This document shows positions 1 through 9,990 of a DNA stretch of 20,000 nucleotides, piece by piece. The translations under genes and the position numbers were made by a program. Positions within the stretch are counted from its first letter, which is position 1; each line of letters opens with the position of its first letter. The notes beneath the pieces were generated by a model, which worked only from the letters and a program-made list of their open reading frames with translations, made no database searches and was not told the DNA's origin. The DNA is taken from assembly GCA_009602725.1 (NCBI GenBank), contig WELB01000028.1, positions 211,891 through 231,890 on the forward strand, in the 5' to 3' direction. This DNA is from Spirogloea muscicola (lineage: Eukaryota).

Positions 1-209
1 GAGATAATCTTGTTCAAACGGTTTTACTTCTGTATGCTCACCATAAGTGGTAAGGCTTGTCAGCAGCCTCCGCATCTTCTGTGAGGAGGATGTTACCCTC
101 TCCAAGTCAATCCAAAGCTTTGCACCACATGTTCGAGCACAAATAGCCATGGCCTGGCCCAGTTGCCGCTCTTAAGCATTTCTGATGCTCTTTGACCTCC
201 CTGGATCAG

Positions 210-2685
210 GGTCATGACGACATTCCTGCTGAGATTGTGGACCCTGAGGCTAAGAAGGTACTGTCTGTCCCTGAACTCCATTCAAGAACCACGGGTTTAG
301 GTTATCCAACTTGAGTGTGCCTCGCTGATGCCTGTAGTCGACCTACTCCTCACGGAAATTAGCCATAGCAGCTGGTGGCGCACTTGTGAGCTGCTATCAA
401 GGTTCAATCAAGGTTTGATTTCAAGCGCTAGCTGGAAGATTAGAGGTTCTCTTTTCTTCTGGACAGTAGTACCTGCTTGCTGCCTTGAGTATCTATTTCT
501 CAAATGGTCACCTATCCTGCTGCCTCAGCCTGAGGATTGGGATGACGAAGACGATGGAGAGTGGGAGGCCCCTCTGACCCCCAACCCGGAATACAAGGGC
601 GAGTGGAAACCAAAGGTAACTGGGACTTTGCTCAAGCAGGCTGGTTGTAGTCGCGCCTTTCGATGAGCCAAGCGGATCATGAGCTGGCCTCACCTTTGGT
701 TTACCTGCTGCCAGTAGGAACAAAACCCGGCTTGTCTCCAAGCAGAAGCATCTCATAGCTTGAACACAAATGGCTTACGATACCTGTGTTCCCTTCTGTA
801 CAGAAAATTAAGAATCCTGAGTACAAGGGCAAATGGTCTGCACCTCTTATTGACAACCCCAGTAAGTTGCGACCATGTAGTTCTTGTGCCAGATCAGCAA
901 GTCGTCATGCTGGCCTTCACCAGCAAAATCCTAGGCTGCTTGCGTGCTGTCAGTGGCTCAGCTAAGCAGATTCTTGGATAGGCAATAGGCACCATCCGAC
1001 TTACACTGGTATATGTTAGCTTGGCTCTGCAGCATGGAGTGACTACAGATTGTCACCAGGCATCAGCTTGTTGTGTTTCCCCTTTGTACACTATCTCTTG
1101 AAGTATATAAAACTCACAGTGTGCGTGGGCAGCAGGCCTTGTTGCATGCCCTCTTAGCAGGATTTGCATGATTGAGTGTGCAGATTATTCTGATGATGCG
1201 GCTGTTTACAAGCTACCTCCGCTTACCTACGTCGGCCTTGAGCTCTGGCAGGTAAGTAGTAACAATAAATCCTTGTACTTACTTCAGCTGCTTGCTTGTA
1301 GCATGCATTCCTGACACCAGAAGGTGCAAGGGATTGATTGGTTGCAGTTGTTATTGCATCCAAGCACAGTCGCTTGATGTTCCAGGTCATTTGTCTGGCA
1401 TCAAGCTCAGACTTACTATTGCTATCACTTATGAAATCTGACAGAAGCTGACTTGATGCGCGCAGGTAAAGTCAGGCTCCATCTTTGACAACTTCTTGGT
1501 CACAGATGATGCTGAGTATGCCAAGACGTTTGCAGAGAATACATGGGGCACAGTCAAAGATGTAAGATACAATTCCTACATCAAATACCTGGTATCTGAC
1601 AGGACATGGCAAGTTTGCATGTCTAAGAAGCAGGACTTGTGAACCCTAGCTTATGCAGCCATTGGTGTGTGCAAAGAGTGTACACCGCACAATGGCAGCT
1701 ATGTCTAGCGGTGATGAGCGTATTTAGCCCGCATTTGGAGCATCACTGACATTGTGATCTGTTTGTGGGCCAGGCTGAGAAGGCTATGTTCGATGACACA
1801 GAAAAGGAGCGGGAAGCTGCTGAAGAGGTATGTTCGCATTCGTCTGTCCACTAGACATGGCTGCTATTGTGCTGCTAAGGGCTCTTGATTGAAGCTGCTT
1901 GATAAGGTAGTCACAGCTCTGCCTAGGAAGCCGGCAGTCTCACTGCAGTAAGACGGGTGATGCATGTCAACATCTTGATTGCTTAAAAGTTGGCAGCTGG
2001 GTTCTAACTGCGTTGTTGTTTTTCTTCTTTGCAGGAAGAGCGGAAGAGGAGTGCTCCTCCTGAGGACGACGATGATGAGCCAGTAAGTCATCAACCAGTC
2101 TGTCTGGGTGCTTGTTGGCTTGACTTGCAGTTTAGCCACAGTGCCCATGGTCTGCTGAGTACTGCCCACATAGCCTTGGGAATGCTGCAAAGGGCTTGGG
2201 TCAGGGGATTAGGATTTAAGGTTAGGGTTTAGACCTAAAGCCTAAAACCCTCGTGCAGTATATGAGACTATGTTCCAGTACAGGAACATAATCTAAGTAG
2301 CTAGACATCTAGGTATTCTTGACGTAGCTTTCTTCAGATGGACTAGCCACAGGATTGACCTTTTGACATTGCAATGTCTGCAACTGCAGGAGGAATTCCC
2401 CGACGAGGATGATGATGAGCCGCCTCCGGCCGAGGTACGCAGTTGCATCTCTAGCTTTGATTTGCATGAGCAGCGTGACCAGGGGAGACCCTGAGCTTGT
2501 CAGTCAGACGAGCACTCCTGCCATTTTCCTTGGCTCCACTGCATTACCCCTGATTACGTCTGTATTACACAAACTAGCCTTTGTTATGAGCAAACCCAAC
2601 TTGCCCGCACAGAGGTCCTGTTTCATGCAGAACAGTTCTAACTCCCTTCCCTTTTCACTATCAGCAGGGCCATGATGAGCTTTAG
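210..2685 (+). CDS. CRT: Calreticulin, 3' part (P-domain end, C-domain, acidic tail, HDEL); 5' exons lie upstream of the window
   Basis: GT-AG exons 210-257, 529-615, 804-861, 1184-1251, 1466-1561, 1774-1827, 2035-2082, 2390-2434 and 2668-2685 splice in frame to GHDDIPAEIVDPEAKK|PEDWDDEDDGEWEAPLTPNPEYKGEWKPK|KIKNPEYKGKWSAPLIDNPN|YSDDAAVYKLPPLTYVGLELWQ|VKSGSIFDNFLVTDDAEYAKTFAENTWGTVKD|AEKAMFDDTEKEREAAEE|EERKRSAPPEDDDDEP|EEFPDEDDDEPPPAE|GHDEL*. Shows calreticulin P-domain repeats, the LWQVKSGxxFDN motif and an ER-retention HDEL. Confidence 0.96.
2191..2251. repeat. Degenerate telomere-like (TTTAGGG-type) tract followed by its inverse, inside a calreticulin intron
   Basis: ...GGATTAGGATTTAAGGTTAGGGTTTAGA then CCTAAAGCCTAAAACCCT. 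AGGGTTT (2224-2230) is the reverse complement of AAACCCT (2245-2251). Confidence 0.55.
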
Positions 2686-3616
2686 AGCTATAACACTGGA
2701 GATGTTTGAGACTGGGCATTAATTTGCTCTTCTTAATAGCGCGGCGCACCTTGACAAGCATCTACCTCGATCTCTTTGGCGTAGTTGTCATTGCCAAGTG
2801 ATGTAACACTGTGGAGCATTGGGTAGTGCTCTACTCATTGATTTGACTTGTGATTCGTAATGATTCGGCTGTCAAATACTTTTGAGTTGGTAGCTATGTT
2901 GCAAAGTATTTCATACTGGGAGTACTTTGCTTTGCTTCTGATTTGGTAGATGCTGTGGCACATTCCAAAAGAAATTTGACGTCTCTTGCATCAAATGAGA
3001 ACAGCCTCACCAGATTATTTTGGCAATGCCCTGTTCCTAAGTATGTTCCATGTTCATACAATCTTAAGCTGCAGGGCATAACGAGAGGTTTTGTAGTCTG
3101 TACCTTTTGTCACATCAAACATGTATTTGTCAGTATAAGAAGTCAGCTTAACAACTCCACTGTGGACCTGTATTTAGTGGTGCAACTTCGACAGATATGT
3201 GAATGCATCATGCACTTTCGACTTTGAAGAGAAATGTCAAGGGGAAGGTCGAGAGCACTCTTTGATTGGACCATAGCAAACAAGCAGGCATACCCTTCTC
3301 CTATCATCTACACTTAATGTGTGGAGAGCGCCTTCTTATTAGGCCTTGCGCACCCGCGCAGCATGCAACAACCTTGAGCCCCAGCTCATCCGCCGGCCAA
3401 CTTCAATGAGCCACGCAGATGACTTCGATTTGGCATGCCGAATTGCAAGCTATTCTTGACCTCAAGCAAATCATACATAGTCCTGCTGAGCCAGGTTATG
3501 CTGGCTACGGCCTGTTAGTGAAAGTGGGGCATGGTGAACTCCGACTTCGCTGTGTGGAGGCCCTCATGAGCATGCAAGATGAGCCGGCGTGAGCAAGACG
3601 TGCCGGCGTTCTCTTC

Positions 3617-4054
3617 TTATGCATGCTTGAAGGACTTCATACTGAGCCAGTGGATGTACACAGCGGCCAGCGTGACGGGCAACGTCAGCGGGACGAGCAG
3701 GCAGTAGTACCTGCAGCCAGGACCCCTCACAACGCGAGGCTTGGATTGACTATCCCCAGCAAGCCCAGTGGGCCTCTCAGCCTTTGCCAACGTGCGCTCT
3801 TGTAACTCAACTCACAGACATAGCAACAATACTCGGGTGCAATAACAGGGGCTCCTGCCCCACAGCTAGCAATACAGCCGTAATTAAAACATGAAAAGAA
3901 GACATTCCACCAGTCAAGCTGGCGGCGGGCGCCCAACACCCACCTGTCGTCCGCGACGGCGGCGAGGAGCGAGCCCGGCGGCGGCGCCGCCGGGGAGCCG
4001 GCGACGAGCTTNCCTTCGAGCCTCGGAGCACCGGCGTCGGCCCAGTGAGGCGCT

Positions 4055-4089
<35 letters not shown>

Positions 4090-4114
4090 GGGGCCGCGCT
4101 GGCGGCGAGTCCAT
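3617..4114 (-). CDS. PIGY: PIG-Y-like phosphatidylinositol N-acetylglucosaminyltransferase subunit Y (GPI anchor biosynthesis); 2 exons, exon 1 interrupted by N at 4012
   Basis: Exon 1 4114-3944 (ATG at 4114; MDSPPARPRG11SASLGRRRCSEARR-[N]-KLVAGSPAAPPPGSLLAAVADD), GT-AG intron 3943-3711, exon 2 3710-3617 giving R|YYCLLVPLTLPVTLAAVYIHWLSMKSFKHA*. This C-terminus matches the plant PIG-Y pattern D.YYCxLVPLTLPxxxxxVYxHWLSMKxFKHA as I recall it. Confidence 0.85.
4055..4087. repeat. (GCC)11 trinucleotide microsatellite encoding Gly11 in PIG-Y exon 1
   Basis: Eleven perfect GCC units read directly from the sequence. Confidence 0.95.
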
Positions 4115-4242
4115 GGCGCCTTCCGGCGTGTTACTTCTTTCACTTAGTCTTTTGATTATTGAAATCATTTCGTTTGTTTGCGAGGAAGGATCTGCTGTAA
4201 CCCTTAGCAGCAGGTCATGAACAGGACAGGTAGGAGGCGGGA

Positions 4243-4253
4243 GGTTTAGGGTT
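4243..4253 (-). promoter_or_regulatory. Telo-box-like motif upstream of PIG-Y
   Basis: AACCCTAAACC on the minus strand about 130 nt upstream of the PIG-Y ATG. Telo-boxes are known plant promoter elements; function here is inferred only. Confidence 0.3.
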
Positions 4254-5289
4254 CTGCAGGCCCAGGCCCCGTTGCCCTAACAGGTCATATTTGGCAAGAC
4301 CTGCGGCCTCCCTTGCCAGGTGCGCCGAGGGAGAGATCCAAGGACTTGTCACAAATGCCGCTGCGTAATGATGGCGTATTCGGTCGGGACTAGCCTGGTT
4401 CACTGCCTGCAGGTGCTGCTGCTGAGAAGGCAGACATGAAGCGGTGCTGGCTTGTGCCGAGGGCACATGTTGATGACCCCTGAAGAGGCCTCCTGAGGTT
4501 GTCAGAAATTGAGGTGTACACAACGTGAATCCGATGGCCGCCCATCACTGCATTTGCTATGTGCCCAAATCTAACTTGCACCAACGAGCATCAACAAGCA
4601 CGGAAGATAGATGGCTGTGTATTGCAATACACTGCTGGATAGGCAGACCTGCAGGCTTCTAGGAGAGGGTGGATTCTAGCCGCCACTGTTCACAAGGAGC
4701 AACACCCGCAAATGCCTGTCCAACTTGAATGTGCTGATTCGTGGATTCTAACGCCCTTCTCCAGCCGCGCTTTCGCCCTGTAACCTTAGCCCCTCCTGAC
4801 TTAGCCTACCGTACTGACTTGTGTAGCCCCAATTGAATGCACTTTCTTCCAGGAATAGTGCAAATTCGCTCAGCTTAACCCCCCCTTCATGTGCACTGCG
4901 CGCCATCTCTCATGAAAGATAACGTAGAGGAGCAAAGATTAAACGATGCAATGGAGGTCCATTGAGGTCCCCCAGCACCTCTACCAATCCCGCAAAGTAG
5001 ATACCTCCAGGCCTGCGAAATGTAGGAGGTGGTGCCAGAAGTTTGAGGTGAAGAGCTCAGAGGAAAGAGGTGGCTCTTCTGGAGCTTATGCAACGGGCGG
5101 ACATTTTTGCCTAAAACGTCAATACTATAAGGGACTCACCAGACGAGTCGAGGAAGCAGGACTGTTCCCGTTGGGCTTCGGACTAATGGGGTGAGCACTT
5201 TGAGAGGCACCTGCTGCATTCTTATATAAGAGAAGGGGCGCGTCACACTGCGCACGAATGAAAGGGAGGCCAAGCCGAGCCACCAAAGA

Positions 5290-5415
5290 GACATGGAACA
5301 GCGCTGCCAAATTGACTGGTGGCTGTGAGAGGCCAGCCTAAAGGAATGGACAAGGAAAAGGAAGAGAGAAGGCGCGCGGTGGGCATGAAATTGAAAGAGA
5401 GGCCAATTCTAGCCT
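5290..5415 (-). mobile_element. 3'-UTR-only fragment of the repeat/retroelement family
   Basis: 5311-5354 matches the reverse complement of 7711-7754 at 43/44 nt. 5368-5415 resembles 7163-7235. Confidence 0.7.
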
Positions 5416-6289
5416 TACAAATGTCCTAGTAACGGGGTAATGAGTTGGCTAAGGGGGGGACTATAATATTCTCGAGTGAGCACATACATATCTGACAAGC
5501 TAAGCTGAGGAGCAAGACCACCACCACGGAATCCATTAGCCTGGCCTAATGCACGCCCAGCACGCTGGTGTATCGCGAGTGCCTGGGAGCGTTGTAGACT
5601 CAATGATAGCCTCATTCTATAGCAGGCAACAATGGCTTGCGGGACGCTAAACTACCCGCCCGACTACGTCGGCGGGCATCGACATGCTCTGCCAGGCGAT
5701 GGAGGAGGGAAGACCACTTCGTTTCCGTAGCCGCCGTATATGTCCATGGCGCATGGGAAGAAGTGGTCGCCCCGGGGGTGGTCCTTATAATGTCGCTCCT
5801 TCTTCTTCTCCGCATGATGTGTCTCCCAACCTGGCACAGTCGGCGTGGGTGTTCCTGGTTGGGATGCGTCGATACAAACGACGTCGAGGAGAAGATGAGG
5901 CCCACCGCTCCGGGGGCAACCACATCCAGACGCCTGATGTAAGGTCTGCCACGCTTCCAGAGTACCGGCATGATGCCCGACACCTCCATGGCCGCATGGT
6001 AGCCTGCCTCACGCACCAAGCCATACATAGCGTCTCTGAGATGATTGTGGGAGGCATTACGTTCACTTCCCTAACACATCGAAGCATGTGAGCTGCCAAA
6101 GAGATCTCATCCTCCGAACGATGGCCATATTCACAATGTCGAATGCCAGCACAAAGTGGAGGGAGGCCGAGATGGTGGTAGAAGGAAGTGGCTACCTGTG
6201 AGGGGAAGCTTTGCGCAGGCTGCGGAGCAGAAAAGCTCTTACAATGTGCGGCAATGGCAGTGTAGCCAGACCAAAGGATTGAACAAAGA

Positions 6290-6830
6290 AAAGACTCTTC
6301 CAAGTAGAAGGTGATGGCTGTGATTGGCCAGCCCAGGAAAGAATGAATGAACATGAAAACATCTGAAAGGCGGGAAGCGCCAAAAACACGAAACCACCTT
6401 CAGTGACATCTGCTAGTAAGAAGTAGCTGTTTCTAGAAGGGGCGGGGGTTGTGAATGGCCAGCCCAGAAGAAACGAACAAGGTCCAGAGGGCCGGAAGCA
6501 CACAGCTATGCAAGAGACTAGAGCGAGTAGGAGCTGGTAACCTCGAGTCAGCAGCCGCCAGCCGGAGTGACTTGCAGCTGGAAAGAAAGTGCGCGCCCAT
6601 AGAGAAGAGAAGCTGGCAAAGCCAGCCCAAAAAGAAAGCGCGGCCAGATTGACTGGTGGCTGTGCGAGGCCAGCCCAAAGAAATGGACAAGGTCTGCTGG
6701 AGCCGGAGTGCTAAGCCAAAAAGGAACGGACAATGTCCAAAGCCAAAGAAAGAAGTGCCGAAAGAGGACTACTACACTACAAAACACGAGACGATGCAGA
6801 GGGAAGCTCAGTACCCGCGGAAAGAGAGAG
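6290..6830 (-). mobile_element. Head-to-tail array of short 3'-end fragments of a CRE-like non-LTR retrotransposon family (minus strand)
   Basis: ORF-end relics TLSFRGY* (stop 6808-6810) and RLLTRGY (6557-6537, CAG where a stop is expected). Hairpin-motif copies near 6315-6345, 6447-6490, 6611-6635, 6638-6691 and 6700-6752. Confidence 0.65.
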
Positions 6831-7224
6831 TAGCAGAAGAGGCGGCTGCGGCCACGGAGCTGGGAGCGGATCGGGACCCATCGCCCGGTGGGGAGGTGGG
6901 GGCCTCAGGCGCGCCATCGGCGCCGGTTGGCCAGGCGGGCCGCCCCTGGGCGTGGCCACACGTGGGCGCCGGCCCGCCGCCCAAGCACGAGCGGCAACGG
7001 GAACGAGCTTCCCGGCCAGCGGAGAGTCGGCGGGGACGGCGCCACGTCCGCCGCCTGCTAGCCGGCCAAAACAAAACTCGTGCCGTTTTCCGACGGTTGC
7101 ATCGGCGCCGCCTCGGGGTTAAATTTACCACGCTTTAGCTGCTACTTCTGGGTCTCGTTAAGGAAAGGCGCGCGGTGCGCCTGAAAATGTAATAAGTGGA
7201 GGTGAAATTGGAGAAAGAGGCCAC

Positions 7225-7900
7225 TTGGGGAGCCTCTTTAAGAGGTCTATGGCCCGCGCGCTGCACCTGCGTGCAGGCAGGCAGAGCCCTCGCTGCTGCC
7301 TCTGGCTCTGGCCATTCCTTTTGGCTGGCCTCTCCCAGCCACCAGTTAATCTGGCCGCGCTTGCTTTCTGGCCAGGGGACCCGCTTCCAGGAACCCAGTC
7401 TCTCTGACCTGAGGCTGCTTAGCAGGGATTACTGAGTGCTTCGTAGCTGCTTCGTTTCTTTTTTGTGCTTGTTGTTCTTCGTACTTCCCCTGGCCCCTTC
7501 TCGTCCTTTCTTCGTTCTATTTTGGGCTAGCTTGTTCCAGCCCCTATCCTCAATGGGCAAGCCCTTCATCTTTCACAGTCGATCCGACTTGCGACTGCTG
7601 ACTCGGGACAATCCTAATTAGCATTTACTGACTAGAAGTTTCTGAGAGTCCCCTTGCTGCCGTCTTGGCACTTAGCGCCTTGCTTTATGCACCATCCGGC
7701 TCCTTCAAAACTTGTCCATTCCTTTGGGCTGGCCTCTCACAGCCACCAGTCAATCTGGCCGCGCCTTCGCTGACTCGGGGGTACTAAGCTCCCATCCTCT
7801 GTAGTCTCTTGCAAGCCGTGTGAGTATGGCGCCTTTCGGCCCTTTTCTTGATTGTTTATGGACCTTGATAATTCTCTCTGGGCTGGCTTTTCACAGCCCC
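7225..7900 (+). mobile_element. Head-to-tail array of 5'-truncated CRE-like non-LTR retrotransposon 3' ends (plus strand)
   Basis: 7225-7435 LGSLFKRSMARALHLRAGRALAAASGS…GDPLP…SLSDLRLLSRDY* (frameshifted, with an inserted module); 7583-7621 SDLRLLTRDNPN*; 7770-7787 LTRGY*. Each is followed by the GGGCT(G/A)GC…CAGCC motif (7524, 7726, 7880). Confidence 0.7.
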
Positions 7901-8127
7901 CAAGAGCTCATTTCTGGGTAAAACTCGGCGGACCCACTTCCCCCCGTTCCGGGGCCCCCGTTTTGGCCCGAGCTGGATCCCAGGCCCCGATCCCCGTCGC
8001 CGCGCCACCCACCAAGCGCTCCTCTTCCTGCATTAACGGCATGGATGTGCCCCGCGCAGCGTGATCCACGGCTGCGGGCGCGCCCCAGGTGCGTGCTCGG
8101 CGAAGGGCCAGATACGATCCCCGCAGC

Positions 8128-8175
8128 ATCTGCCGCACTCCCAGGCGGCTGATCTGCCGCACGCCCAGGCGGCTG
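8128..8175. repeat. 24-bp tandem duplication (2 units, 1 mismatch)
   Basis: ATCTGCCGCACTCCCAGGCGGCTG / ATCTGCCGCACGCCCAGGCGGCTG. Confidence 0.9.
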
Positions 8176-8340
8176 CAGCAGCGGCGCCAGTTGGATGCTA
8201 GCCGCCCATCCTGGAAAGCCGCGCCGCCCGGGGTTGGTGGCCCCGTGCACTCCTCACCTGCCACGACGAGACGAAGTATCGCTCTCGGCACGTGGCCGGC
8301 GGCCCTCGTCGTATGAAGAGGAGGACGGAGAGTGGGCTGG

Positions 8341-8560
8341 AAGAAGGGCTCGCCCATGGAGGATAGGGCTGGAGCCTCCTCCACGCGCCTCCTCCACGTA
8401 ATCCCCAAACCCTGCAAATGGCCCAGGCCCCAACGTCTGCGCACGGGCACACACTCGAAGTGCTTGGGCCTAGACAAGAAGCCATTTGCGGAAGGCAGTA
8501 AGCTCTTGCGAATGGGGCGAGGGCTATATAAGGCCAGCCCGAAAAGAATGGATCGGGAAG
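8341..8560 (-). mobile_element. Two short 3'-terminal fragments of the same family (8341-8374 and ~8495-8560)
   Basis: Reverse complement of 8341-8374 (CTCCAGCCCTATCCTCCATGGGCGAGCCCTTCTT) nearly matches 7536-7570. Reverse complement of 8520-8552 reads CCATTCTTTTCGGGCTGGCCTTATATAGCCC. Confidence 0.6.
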
Positions 8561-9159
8561 GGCAGTGACTGTGAAGGGCAGGCTCAACCTGGCCGACGAG
8601 CGCTGCGTAGGACACAGCTAGATTATCGCCATGCGCTGGGCGTGCCGAACTTTCAGCTTGCTCTTGTCACCTAGGTGATAGTGGCCTCCCTATCTTGAGA
8701 AGGACTACAGGGAACATTGATGGTGACGTGTGGAGGTTGTGTGGCCGATGCTTGGACGCGTTTGTTCATGTGGTACCACATCGCACATACCCTGCAATCT
8801 TGGGCGGCACCTCAGACAGAATGACCTTACATTATCATGAAGGATAATACACACCGTGGAATACCTCGCGTGTCAGTTTCGTCTTGGCAAAATTGCGCGT
8901 AGGTGGCGGTGGGGCTACTGACAAGCGTTGACAAGTACGACTAAGCAACGCAACACATGTGGTGCAGCCGCAATTCCGTGGTTGCCCACCAAGTTCTTGT
9001 AAGCCACACTGCACCTCAAGCTCAGGGTGCCGAGCTCGCTTCATCTTTAGGATGTCGTGTCGAGATCGCCCGCCCTCTGACTTCCGGAACACGTGACGCG
9101 CCTGTGGGCCCTTGCCTTGCTGGGCGAGTGTGGCTTGATGTCACAAAATTATTTCTCTA

Positions 9160-9990
9160 TTGCTGTGAAAGGCTCCTTCGAAGGCCAGCCCAAAAAAGGA
9201 AGGGACAAGCTCCGAAGGACCAAAAAGCCGTGAAGAAAGAGTAAAGGGTAGCCATTCTAAGCCAACACACTGTTCAGGCAAAAGCTAGGGGGAAAAGTGG
9301 GGCAACGTCCAGTGAAACACAGAGGTTCCAATGTAAGGCAATGGCTGTGAGAAGGGCCGTGAAACTGCACTACCGTGGAACCAAAAAAATCTAAAACACA
9401 CTGAAACATAATTGAGAAAGTGGCTCACAATGAGCTATTTTCACACGAGACCTTTTGTCCATTCCTTTGGGCTGGCTTGTCAAAGTCATTGCCGTCATTT
9501 TGGAAGAGCTGTCTCAGAAAGAGAAGGGCAAAAGCAGTGCGAGCGCATCTCCTCGGGCAGCTACAGACAGACAGAAGTAGAAGAAGTGGCTCGTTCCATT
9601 CGTTCTCTCTCTCTCTGACACTTCAGGCCCCTCCGTCATTGTGGCTTTAGGCCCCTCCGTCATTTTGGCCCCTTCGAACCTTCGTCATTTTCCGGGCTGG
9701 CTTCTCACAGCCCTTGCCCCGATTGGGAGAGCCACTTCTCTCCCAAAAGAGCAAGCGCGGCCAGATTAACTGGTGGCTGGGAGAGAAAAAGAAGCGCTCG
9801 CCTATAAAGAAGAGGGGCTGGCAAAGCCAGCCCTAAAAAGCCCATCCATCATTTGGCCCCTTTGAACCTTCGTCAATTCTTTTTCGGCAGGCTTTTTCAC
9901 AGCCCTTGCCCCCATTGGTAGTGCCACTTCTTTCGTTAAAAAGAATGGACAATGTCCAAAGCCAAAGAAAGGAGCCGGCACTCCGCCGAG
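9160..9990. mobile_element. Mixed-orientation mosaic of 3'-UTR fragments of the same family
   Basis: Copies near 9160-9230 (-), 9452-9495 (+), 9664-9739 (+), 9750-9785 (-; 36/36 reverse complement of 7330-7365), 9790-9840 (-), 9852-9931 (+) and 9947-9971 (-; 25/25 identical to 6728-6752). AGGCCCCTCCGTCATT also occurs twice as a direct repeat within 9625-9664. Confidence 0.7.

Noticed and set aside
4500..4585. LINE reverse-transcriptase-like CKLDL on the minus strand
   Set aside because: The following K-A-F/Y-D motif is absent and stops follow immediately.
5632..5730. P-loop-like GDGGGKTT in a short ORF
   Set aside because: Spacing does not fit GxxxxGKT, there is no preceding hydrophobic strand, and a stop follows within a few codons.
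7697..7764. HDV-like ribozyme (CCA-TTCCTT-TGG as P3/L3)
   Set aside because: I could not build P1/P2, other copies break the putative P3, and such ribozymes are normally at element 5' ends. A covariance search would settle it.
7908..8615. 235-aa minus-strand ORF as a gene
   Set aside because: It runs through two repeat fragments and a tandem duplication, is GC-rich, and shows no domain or supported splice structure.
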